This document shows positions 7,699-15,372 of a DNA stretch of 15,493 nucleotides, in pieces. Source of the DNA: a bacterium. Its GTDB lineage: Bacteria; Zhuqueibacterota; Zhuqueibacteria; Oceanimicrobiales; Oceanimicrobiaceae. The notes below the pieces were generated by a model. The model was given only the letters and a program-made list of their open reading frames with translations. It did no database searches and was not told the DNA's origin. How positions within the stretch are numbered: position 1 is the first letter of the stretch; every line of letters begins with the position of its first letter. The position numbers and the translations under genes are program-made. The stretch is taken from assembly GCA_046757025.1 (NCBI GenBank), contig JBHHXN010000124.1, forward strand, positions 1 through 15,493, in the 5' to 3' direction.

Positions 7699-9081
7699 AT
7701 GAAATCTGTCAATACCCGTTACCGACGTCGGTGGTACGTCGCATGCATTTTCTGCATTTTATGCGGATTTTATGCGGAAAGCCTCTTTGCACAAAAGCAG
7801 CCTGATATCCCGGATCATTTCATCCAAATATCGAAAGACGCCAAAAGTCTGAAGGATAAACTTGACGAAGCCAGAAAGCATTGCGTCCAAAAAAACGAAA
7901 CGGGTCGTTTCTGGCTGGGGTATCAATTTGAGTTGCGAGATGGCGTGGATTTGGATAATATGTACATCCACGACAACGGCGGCATCTCCATTTCCCACGG
8001 CCGCTTCAACAAATTCCGTTTACAGAAAGAAGACGACTTGGAAACGTACCTACTGCAGGCTTTGAGCGAGCTGGGAGTTGAAGACGCCCGGGAAGCGTAC
8101 CACAAATTAAAAAACAAGCTGCTGCAGTACCAAAACTGGCACGCAGGGTTGTTTTTATTGTTGGACTCGAAGGACGCCGCCGTCAAAAAGTTGCGGCTGC
8201 TCTTCCTCGACGAACAGCGCAAATTCGAGGATTATCCGGTGTACTGGGGTAGCAGCGTGGCCACCGCCGAAAGCTTCCGTTACCTTGCCGAAATCATCCA
8301 GAATAAAAATTATCAGGCCCACATCGTCAAACCGGCCATTTTTATACTGAGTTTACACGAGCATCCCGAAGTGATTTCCTTCTTAACCCGCACTGCCCGC
8401 ACCAACGACAACCGCGACATTCGGAGAAGCGCAGTTTTCTGGTTGGGGCAAATCCCAAAAGAGGGGAGCTTCCAGGCGCTGGTCAAATTGTTTGAAGTGG
8501 AACAGAGTCAAAAAATTAAAGAGAAAATCGTTTTTTCAGTGAGTCAACATACCAGCAAAAAAGCGTTCGATTTTCTTGCAAAGGTGGCCAAAAACGACCC
8601 GGATCCACAGGTGCGTGAAAAGGCCGTATTCTGGCTGGGTCAGGACGAGCGCGAAGAAAGTCTGGCGCTTTTGTCTGAGCTCCTGCAAAACACTCAAAGC
8701 ACGCGCCTCAAAGAAAAGATCGTGTTTGCCATCAGCCAGCACCAAAGCCAATTGGCAGTGGACTTGTTGATCAAAACCGCGGAAGACCACCAAAATTCGG
8801 CGGTGCGGGAGAAAGCCATTTTTTGGCTGGGACAAATTGCCGGTCGAAAATCCTTGTCAGCGCTGGGTGACCTCGTGGAAAATGACGAAGCCACCGAAAT
8901 TAAAACTAAAGCGGTCTTTGCCATCAGTCAGCATCAGAACAAAAAGGAAGCCGTAGAAATGTTGATAAACATCGCAAAAAACAATAAAAATCCAGAAGTA
9001 AGACGGAAAGCCATATTCTGGCTGGGCCAGACCGGCGACCAACGCGCCATTGCTTTCTTTAAGGAACTTTTAACCAATTAG
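7699..9081 (+). CDS. Exported HEAT-repeat protein with an uncharacterised N-terminal domain
   Basis: ATG 7699 follows GAGG; the ORF track uses GTG 7666. Basic then hydrophobic signal ending ESLFA. Seven to eight repeats alternate REKAVFWLGQ and KEKIVFAISQ. Confidence 0.88.
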   Translation: MKSVNTRYRRRWYVACIFCILCGFYAESLFAQKQPDIPDHFIQISKDAKSLKDKLDEARKHCVQKNETGRFWLGYQFELRDGVDLDNMYIHDNGGISISHGRFNKFRLQKEDDLETYLLQALSELGVEDAREAYHKLKNKLLQYQNWHAGLFLLLDSKDAAVKKLRLLFLDEQRKFEDYPVYWGSSVATAESFRYLAEIIQNKNYQAHIVKPAIFILSLHEHPEVISFLTRTARTNDNRDIRRSAVFWLGQIPKEGSFQALVKLFEVEQSQKIKEKIVFSVSQHTSKKAFDFLAKVAKNDPDPQVREKAVFWLGQDEREESLALLSELLQNTQSTRLKEKIVFAISQHQSQLAVDLLIKTAEDHQNSAVREKAIFWLGQIAGRKSLSALGDLVENDEATEIKTKAVFAISQHQNKKEAVEMLINIAKNNKNPEVRRKAIFWLGQTGDQRAIAFFKELLTN

Positions 9082-9090
9082 CTGGAGGGA

Positions 9091-9942
9091 ATGATGAAAA
9101 ATAGTTGTACAATGTTTATTCGTGCTTTTACGATTTTCCTTTTCATGGGCTTCTGGGCTTTCGAATCCAACGCCCAAACCAAATCCAAGAATTCCAAAAA
9201 GAACCCGAAATCGAACACGGCCCCCGAGAAAAAAGTCAGCGGCGTAAATGCCGGCGCTGGCAGTACGCTGATTTTACAATCCAATCATGATCAATTATTG
9301 CTCAATCTGGATGGTTTGCAGGAATCTTTGCGAGGATTGGAAAGTTTAGAAAAACTAAAAGGTCTGGAAGAATTAGGACAAGTTCAGGGGCTGCCTTCAC
9401 TTGAAAATCTCAAATCGCTCGCAAGTTTACATGGCTTTTCGGGCTTACAGAATTTAACCAGTCTGCATACCTTACAGGGATTGCAAAAACTCGAAGATTT
9501 GCAAACCCTGTTCTCCGAGATGCAAAATCTGCAAGGATTTTTAGGGCTGGAAAACGCCAGCCTTCTGCACACACTCGAGGAGTTAGAACAGCTTGAGGTT
9601 GAGCTTGGGTCGCTTCAAAATCATGGCATCTCAGAAATTCCTAAAAGCCTCGATGCAAAGGAGCAGATCAAACGGCAAAGCCTGCGGGCGCTGGTGAACC
9701 TGGAACGCGAGAAATCGCTTCCCTTCTTGATGGATTTTTTTAAAAAAGAGAACCATCCGGAGATGCGAAAAATAGCCGTGCGCTACATCGCAGAGATGGG
9801 CACAGACGAAGCAATTTCTTTTCTGGGCAAAATCGCTAAACAGGATGCCGACGCCGGAGTCAAAAAGCGCGCCATCTATTATCTCGGAAAATCTAAAGAC
9901 AAGCAGGCTATTGAGATTTTAAATGACATTTTAAATCAATAA
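9091..9942 (+). CDS. Exported protein with a Leu-periodic low-complexity linker and three C-terminal HEAT repeats
   Basis: Signal ending ESNA-Q, a Lys-rich segment, an (Lxx)n tract, then MRKIAVRYIAEMG and VKKRAIYYLGKS repeats. GGAGGG upstream; start at 9091 or 9094. Confidence 0.82.
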   Translation: MMKNSCTMFIRAFTIFLFMGFWAFESNAQTKSKNSKKNPKSNTAPEKKVSGVNAGAGSTLILQSNHDQLLLNLDGLQESLRGLESLEKLKGLEELGQVQGLPSLENLKSLASLHGFSGLQNLTSLHTLQGLQKLEDLQTLFSEMQNLQGFLGLENASLLHTLEELEQLEVELGSLQNHGISEIPKSLDAKEQIKRQSLRALVNLEREKSLPFLMDFFKKENHPEMRKIAVRYIAEMGTDEAISFLGKIAKQDADAGVKKRAIYYLGKSKDKQAIEILNDILNQ

Positions 9943-10066
9943 GGGATATTTCTCAAATCCACAGACTGAGTAATTTTTGCTATACGAGTGAATTCATTAA
10001 GCCAGGTTGTCTCTATTGTCACTTTTCTCTAAGTTAAATGATGCGTACTACCCCAACCAAGCCGAA

Positions 10067-10229
10067 TAATTAGTATCTGAACGAAAACTATTAATAAAGT
10101 TGTCATTGCGAGTCCCGTGTTTTGTGCGGGACGAAGCAATCTCATGCTGTGCTAATAGTGAGATTGATTTCCCGAGAATCGGGACTCGTAATGACATGAA
10201 TAATCGAGCTTTCGTTCAGACATTAATTA
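10067..10229. mobile_element. Second MITE-like element enclosing a REP-like doublet
   Basis: TAATTAGTATCTGAACGAAAACT (10067-10089) and AGCTTTCGTTCAGACATTAATTA (10207-10229) are inverted repeats with 3 mismatches. The outer TAATTA is palindromic and may be the target duplication. Inside: GTCATTGCGAG...CGAAGCAATCTC (10102-10143) and GAGATTGATTTC...CTCGTAATGAC (10160-10195). Confidence 0.75.
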
Positions 10230-10357
10230 CTTTAAGCGGGCAAAATTGCTTGCATTTCACCAAGATATTTCTTACTTAGTGAAAATGCCGCCGTGATCAA
10301 TTCAAAAAAAGATTCACACAAAATCCAAAAAATCAGTCGTCAATCAATTGAGCAATC

Positions 10358-10999
10358 ATGTCTCTTAATTGCGAAACATTAATTGCAAAACATCCACAAG
10401 CCTGGAAGCTTGCCACCCGACATCCATTTCTGAATAACTGTAAAACCGCCGCTATCCAGCCCGGTCAATTCAACACCTGGCTGGTGCAGGACTACCTGTT
10501 CGTGACCGAGTTTACCCGCATGGCGGCCCGTCTGCTGGCCACGGCGCCGGTGCGCCATTTCGATACCCTCCTCGGCGGACTGGCGGCGCTGAAGGACGAA
10601 TTGAACTGGTTCCGGGACAAAGCCGCGGAACGCAGACTCGAGCTCGGTGTGTCGCGGCAGGCCCCCTGCACGCGCTACTGCCAATTCATGGAAAAGCTGG
10701 CCCCGGAGCCGTACCCGGTGCAGGCGGTGGCTTTCTGGGCCATCGAGCTGGCTTACAATCAGGCCTGGCAGTTGCCGGGCAAAATGGCGACGCCCTACGA
10801 TGAGTTCGCCGACCGCTGGGGCAGCCCGGATTTTACCGCTTATGTAAATTTGCTGGCACAGCAGGCAGATGAGGTGTTGCAGGAGGTCCGGCCGGAAATT
10901 GCGGAAAGAGCCGAGCAAGCGTTTCTGGAAGTTTGCGCGCTGGAAAAAGATTTCTGGCAGATGGCGTTTGAGGGAGAGGCGTTGTTAAACATACCATGA
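10358..10999 (+). CDS. tenA: TenA/THI-4/PQQC family protein, TenA_E-like (thiamin pyrimidine salvage)
   Basis: Motifs ATRHPFL, FNTWLVQDYLFV, LKDELNWF, AFWAIELAY, RWGSPDF and LEKDFWQMA. Glu (WAIE) sits where TenA_C proteins have the catalytic Cys. Confidence 0.85.
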   Translation: MSLNCETLIAKHPQAWKLATRHPFLNNCKTAAIQPGQFNTWLVQDYLFVTEFTRMAARLLATAPVRHFDTLLGGLAALKDELNWFRDKAAERRLELGVSRQAPCTRYCQFMEKLAPEPYPVQAVAFWAIELAYNQAWQLPGKMATPYDEFADRWGSPDFTAYVNLLAQQADEVLQEVRPEIAERAEQAFLEVCALEKDFWQMAFEGEALLNIP

Positions 11000-11050
11000 G
11001 CTGATGTACATGCACTAAGAAGCAATTTTTTCTGAAATTTCAGCATTAGG

Positions 11051-11079
11051 TTGATTTATTTTGAAGAATTAACTAAATT
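11051..11079 (+). promoter_or_regulatory. Candidate sigma70 promoter TTGATT-N17-TAAATT for the toxin-antitoxin pair
   Basis: -35 at 11051-11056 and -10 at 11074-11079, 60 nt before ATG 11139. A perfect palindrome CTGAAATTTCAG lies at 11032-11043. Confidence 0.4.
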
Positions 11080-11138
11080 CAGGTGCTGTTGGTATTTCAA
11101 AACAAACTCAAGTCAAAGAAAAAGCTTTCGGGGAGGGT

Positions 11139-11834
11139 ATGACTGCAAATACAAAATATTCAACCCCAAGATTGGGCCAAGGAATTTACACTGTACCAGA
11201 TGCATCCCTGATATTAGATTTTCCCAAAACAAGATTAAGAAGGTGGATTCATCAATATTGGAAATCTGATTTCACAGAGGGGAATGGTACGAGCACTGGT
11301 AATTCCTATATTTGGGGAAAAGCTCGCGAAACAGCATTTAACTTCTACACACTCATTGAAATATTCACTGTAATTTCTCTTAGAGAAATTGGAGTTTCGT
11401 TTAAAACTATTAAGCACGCCCGTGTGGAATTATCTGGACTCTTCAAAACGAGATTTCCATTTGCAGCAAAGCCACTTATGAGTGACGGCAGGAAAGTAAT
11501 CATCGAGTTGGGAAAAACCAACTTGCTCGAATTGGGTACGGGCGGGCAAACAGCGCTTAGAAAAATTATCGAACCCTTTTGCAAGAAATTGGATTTTAGC
11601 CTGCACAATAATCTGGCCAATCGATTCTGGCCACTTGGAAAAACACATTCAATCGTAGTCGATCCTAAACATGGCTTTGGGCGACCAACAATAACAGGCA
11701 CTAATATTTCAACAGAAGCCATTTATGGCCTGCTAAACGCAGGTGAAGAAAAAGAAACGGTGGCGGACTTATATAATCTGACTGACGAGCAGATTGATGA
11801 TGTTCTGATTTTTCAAACTAGAATGGTAACATGA
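11139..11834 (+). CDS. Putative antitoxin with N-terminal HTH and C-terminal DUF433 (VapB45-like)
   Basis: GIYTVPDASLIL...RLRRWI HTH, FNFYTLIE, and DUF433 IVVDPKHGFGRPTITGTNISTEAI...VADLYNLTDEQIDDVL. GGGAGG RBS. Confidence 0.85.
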   Translation: MTANTKYSTPRLGQGIYTVPDASLILDFPKTRLRRWIHQYWKSDFTEGNGTSTGNSYIWGKARETAFNFYTLIEIFTVISLREIGVSFKTIKHARVELSGLFKTRFPFAAKPLMSDGRKVIIELGKTNLLELGTGGQTALRKIIEPFCKKLDFSLHNNLANRFWPLGKTHSIVVDPKHGFGRPTITGTNISTEAIYGLLNAGEEKETVADLYNLTDEQIDDVLIFQTRMVT

Positions 11835-12238
11835 GAATATTCTTTGATGAGAATTTCTCGGTGTATCTCGCGAAAGGATTTTCAGAGTTTCAAAATGGAC
11901 GTAAGATTGAAGGCGTGCAGGTCCATCATGTAGCTGAATCCTTCGGCAGAGGTATTGAGGACATTATTTGGATTCCCAAAATAGCTCAAATGCACGGTGT
12001 GGTTATTACTCAGGATTTGAACATTCATCGTACTCGATACTTGTTTCAGCTCTGCTTAGAATACAAACTCGGTATTTTCTTTTTCAAACCGCCAAAGAAA
12101 AAAAGCTATAAATATTGGGAGTGGATTGAACAGGTCTTAAAAAGATGGGCTTTAATCAAGGACTATTCAATAAACACAAAGAGGCCTTTTTCTTATCTGG
12201 TCACTCCTAACTCTGTTAAACCCCAGTCTCTGAACTAG
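11831..12238 (+). CDS. PIN-like domain putative toxin (VapC45/DUF5615-like)
   Basis: MRIFFDENFS, GIEDIIWI and VVITQDLNI carry the acidic PIN motifs. ATGA overlap with the DUF433 gene. Confidence 0.85.
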   Translation: MRIFFDENFSVYLAKGFSEFQNGRKIEGVQVHHVAESFGRGIEDIIWIPKIAQMHGVVITQDLNIHRTRYLFQLCLEYKLGIFFFKPPKKKSYKYWEWIEQVLKRWALIKDYSINTKRPFSYLVTPNSVKPQSLN

Positions 12239-12318
12239 AGCCACAGTCAAGACTCAACTTTTGAGCAGCAACTTTTTTTCCACATCAAGTTTGTTTTTAA
12301 TTAAAGGGGAGGTAGCAA

Positions 12319-15300
12319 GTGATGGATCCTGCAACTGTCACGGCAATAATAGCAATTTTGTCTGGAGCCGCTTCAGGGCTTCTGAGCAGTATTGCCACAA
12401 AGGCTTTGGTTGGCACAACCAAGGGGATCGTGCACAAATTCCAGCAGCGCAAGGACCTGCTCACCAGAGACTTTGAGAAGGCCCTGCCCAGAGTCATTGC
12501 TAGCATCGAGAAAGATTACGGCAAAAACGCGCGAGTACTGCTGCTTTTAGACGCAATCGGGAAGTCCGCTAAGTCCGCCGATGCTCAGGAGCTGCTCAGA
12601 GAAGCGGCCGACGCATATCTTCTGCAAAACCCATGGAGTCGGAATCATCTGCCAGTCCTTCTCACAAAAATGAAGGTCAATGTAACAAAAGAATTGAGCG
12701 ACTATGGATGGATACAAGTTGACGAAGACCTTGCCGATTTCTTTCGCCGCCTTGAATCCGAACTGGTAAAGAGCTCTGAATGGCGCGATTTGCTCAATCA
12801 TCGGCGCCTCAAAGAAATTGCTCTGGCCGCATTCAACATTTCCGGAAACACAGCGCAGATGGTCAAACACCTGGAAACATTGGTGCGCGAATTGGCTCCT
12901 GCACCCAAAGACATAACCAATCTGAGAAGCTCTTATCTCAAACACCTTAAGAACCAGTTCGGCGAGCTTGATTTCCGTGGCATCGCCCAGGTTCAGAACA
13001 TTGTCAAACTACCTTTAGCACGGGTATTTGTGCCTTTGTCCAGTACCTTGGAATCCGAACGGCAAACAGAAGAAGGTCAGATAAATGAAATGGAACGACG
13101 CATTCGTCCGGAAACAGAGCAGGAAAGCCGCGTGCCGCTTAAACACCTCCTCATTAAAAACCCTCATCTGGTGATTCTGGGAGATCCGGGTTCTGGCAAG
13201 AGCACCACCCTGAAATATGTCTCTCTCATGTTTGCCGAAGGGGAGGCAGAGGCGAAATTAGGGCTTGAACCGCAGTGGCTGCCGATCTTTCTGCCCATCG
13301 CAGCCTACGCTCAGGCGCTTAGCAGCAGAGGCGTTGCCCTGCAATCCTTCATCCCAGAATACTACCGAACCCGCCATAACCTGCCGGGCCTCGCGGCGCT
13401 TTTCAATCATGCGCTCGAAAACAACTACGCGTTGGTTCTGCTCGATGGACTGGATGAGGTGCGCGAATGGGAAACGCGCCTGGTCATTCTGCGCCATGTT
13501 GAAAACGATTTCCTGAAACGCTACCCCCTTAATCGCTTCATTTTTAGCTCCAGAATTGCCGGCTACAACCGAGCACGGCTGGGCCCGCCCTTTCGCCACT
13601 GCACCGTACAGCCATTCAATAACGACGAAGTGAAGAAGTTTGCCCACCAGTGGAGTCTGGCATTTGAATTGACCAACAAAAGCGAAGAAAAAGCGAAACA
13701 GCCTGCCAAAAGTCGGGCGGAAAATCTCATTCACGACATCTTTTCCACGGCCGAGGTCAGACGGCTCGCTGGCAATCCGCTCATGGTCACCATTCTGGCG
13801 CTCATTCACCACCAGAACGTGCGGCTGCCCGAGCGCCGAGTCGAATTGTACGAGCTCTGCGTGCAGGCGCTCGCCGAAACCTGGAACAAGTTTCGAACTG
13901 ACAGCGCCACCGGACGAGACCTCGACGTCTACCTCGGTAACCAGCGCATCGATGCGCGATTTGTAACAGACGTGCTTGGACCAGTAGCTTTCTGGATGCA
14001 CAAAACCACACCTGGGGGGACGGTCGAAACCCGCGAATTGCGTGACCAGATTGCAAAATATCTGCCGGACGTGATGGGGGCGTCGCAACAAGCCAAACCC
14101 GTTCGTGTCGCTGAGGTTTTCCTGCGGATCATGGCAGAAAGCTGTGGCCTGTTACAGGAAAAAGGGGAGAACCTGTTTGGCTTTCTGCACCAGACCTTTG
14201 AAGAATACCTGGCCGGACGCGCGCTGATGGAAAGCGAGTACATCGACCTTGATGCAACCCTGCAAGAAATCTGGTCGGAGGATACCTGGAAGGAAGTCAT
14301 TCGTCTGGCAGTGGGGGGCTCCCACGCCCGAGACGCCTCTTACATGCTCGAAAGAATTTTACAACTTCCGTCGGAACTCAGACCAGGTTACCAGGTTGTG
14401 CTCGCAGCCGCCTGTCTGCTGGATCATGGCGGGCAGTTGAAAGCTCGCCAACAGGTGTTAGATGCCGTACTTGGAATTTTTGATAACTTTTTTGTAGCAA
14501 TAGAAATCCGCGCAGAGATAGGCGACATCCTTGCTCAACTTGGCGACCCGCGCGATCTGGAAGAATTCGTGGAAGTTCATGATGGGGATTTTCCAATGGG
14601 GATCACGGAGAAAGAACTGAAATGGTTTGAAAAGCAATACGGTGAGCACGCGCGTGATTGGATGAAATATTCGCTGGGTCAGCATTCAATGAACCTGCCC
14701 GCCTTTAGTATCGGCAGATATCCGGTGACCAATCAAATGTTCCGTGGATTTGTTGAAGACAAAGGCTACGATGAACACCGGTGGTGGAGTTTTTCGAAGA
14801 AAGCCGAGGCTTTCCGCAAAAACTTGAAAAAAAAGTGGCCGGAATATTGGCACGACCCCTACTGGAATGGTTCAAATCGGCCGGTGGTGGGTGTCAGTTG
14901 GTATGAGGCGGTAGCGTTCTGCAACTGGCTCACTCAGAAGTGGCGAGACGAGGGCAGACTGGGCAAAACAGAAGTGATTCGGCTGCCCACGGAAGCCGAG
15001 TGGGAGAAAGCTGCCAGTTGGGATTGGCTGAAAAACGTAAAGCGCCGTTTCCCCTGGGGAGAGGCATACGATCAATTTTTAGTGAATGCGGCCGATAAAC
15101 TTAGTCGCACCTCCGCTGTGGGCATTTTCCCCAACGCCAGCCCCTGCGGCGCCTTAGACATGGCCGGCAATGTCTGGGAATGGTGTCAAACTCGCTGGGC
15201 CAAATACCCTTACAAAACCGATGAGCGGGAAAATTTAGGCGGAGAGAAATCGCGCGTTTTGCGCGGCGGTGCATGGAGCAGTCGTCCTCAAAACGTTACG

Positions 15301-15372
15301 TGCGCCCTTCGCAACAGCTTCAATCCCGACGACCGTGACGTCAATATCGGTTTTCGTTGCGCCAGAACTTAG
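12319..15372 (+). CDS. NACHT (STAND) NTPase fused to a C-terminal FGE-sulfatase/SUMF1-like (C-type lectin fold) domain
   Basis: Walker A GDPGSGKST, Walker B LVLLDGLDE, SSR, NPLMV, and FGFLHQTFEEYLAG winged-helix motif. C-terminal YPVTN, PVVGVSWYEAVAFCNW, RLPTEAEWEKAA, DMAGNVWEW and RVLRGGAW...IGFRC. Start GTG 12319 or ATG 12322. Confidence 0.93.
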   Translation: MMDPATVTAIIAILSGAASGLLSSIATKALVGTTKGIVHKFQQRKDLLTRDFEKALPRVIASIEKDYGKNARVLLLLDAIGKSAKSADAQELLREAADAYLLQNPWSRNHLPVLLTKMKVNVTKELSDYGWIQVDEDLADFFRRLESELVKSSEWRDLLNHRRLKEIALAAFNISGNTAQMVKHLETLVRELAPAPKDITNLRSSYLKHLKNQFGELDFRGIAQVQNIVKLPLARVFVPLSSTLESERQTEEGQINEMERRIRPETEQESRVPLKHLLIKNPHLVILGDPGSGKSTTLKYVSLMFAEGEAEAKLGLEPQWLPIFLPIAAYAQALSSRGVALQSFIPEYYRTRHNLPGLAALFNHALENNYALVLLDGLDEVREWETRLVILRHVENDFLKRYPLNRFIFSSRIAGYNRARLGPPFRHCTVQPFNNDEVKKFAHQWSLAFELTNKSEEKAKQPAKSRAENLIHDIFSTAEVRRLAGNPLMVTILALIHHQNVRLPERRVELYELCVQALAETWNKFRTDSATGRDLDVYLGNQRIDARFVTDVLGPVAFWMHKTTPGGTVETRELRDQIAKYLPDVMGASQQAKPVRVAEVFLRIMAESCGLLQEKGENLFGFLHQTFEEYLAGRALMESEYIDLDATLQEIWSEDTWKEVIRLAVGGSHARDASYMLERILQLPSELRPGYQVVLAAACLLDHGGQLKARQQVLDAVLGIFDNFFVAIEIRAEIGDILAQLGDPRDLEEFVEVHDGDFPMGITEKELKWFEKQYGEHARDWMKYSLGQHSMNLPAFSIGRYPVTNQMFRGFVEDKGYDEHRWWSFSKKAEAFRKNLKKKWPEYWHDPYWNGSNRPVVGVSWYEAVAFCNWLTQKWRDEGRLGKTEVIRLPTEAEWEKAASWDWLKNVKRRFPWGEAYDQFLVNAADKLSRTSAVGIFPNASPCGALDMAGNVWEWCQTRWAKYPYKTDERENLGGEKSRVLRGGAWSSRPQNVTCALRNSFNPDDRDVNIGFRCART
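15253..15372 (+). other. Candidate DGR variable region at the 3' end of the NACHT-CLec gene
   Basis: RVLRGGAW-x-IGFRC segment. 27 of 29 codons from 15277 to 15363 end in C/T, and the non-scaffold codons are all derivable from AAC/AAT. No template repeat in the window. Confidence 0.5.

Noticed and set aside
4229..9942. HEAT proteins as phycobilin lyases (CpcE/F)
   Set aside because: They have export signals and there are no phycobiliprotein genes nearby; only the repeat fold is shared.
10379..10918. 179-aa minus-strand ORF
   Set aside because: Antisense to the GC-rich TenA gene, where long shadow ORFs are expected.
13258..14091. 277-aa minus-strand ORF and other short overlapping ORFs
   Set aside because: They lie within strongly supported + strand genes and show no domain signatures.
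14540..15372. True formylglycine-generating enzyme or EgtB
   Set aside because: The domain is fused to NACHT, lacks the catalytic Cys pair after RGG, and has no DinB-like domain.
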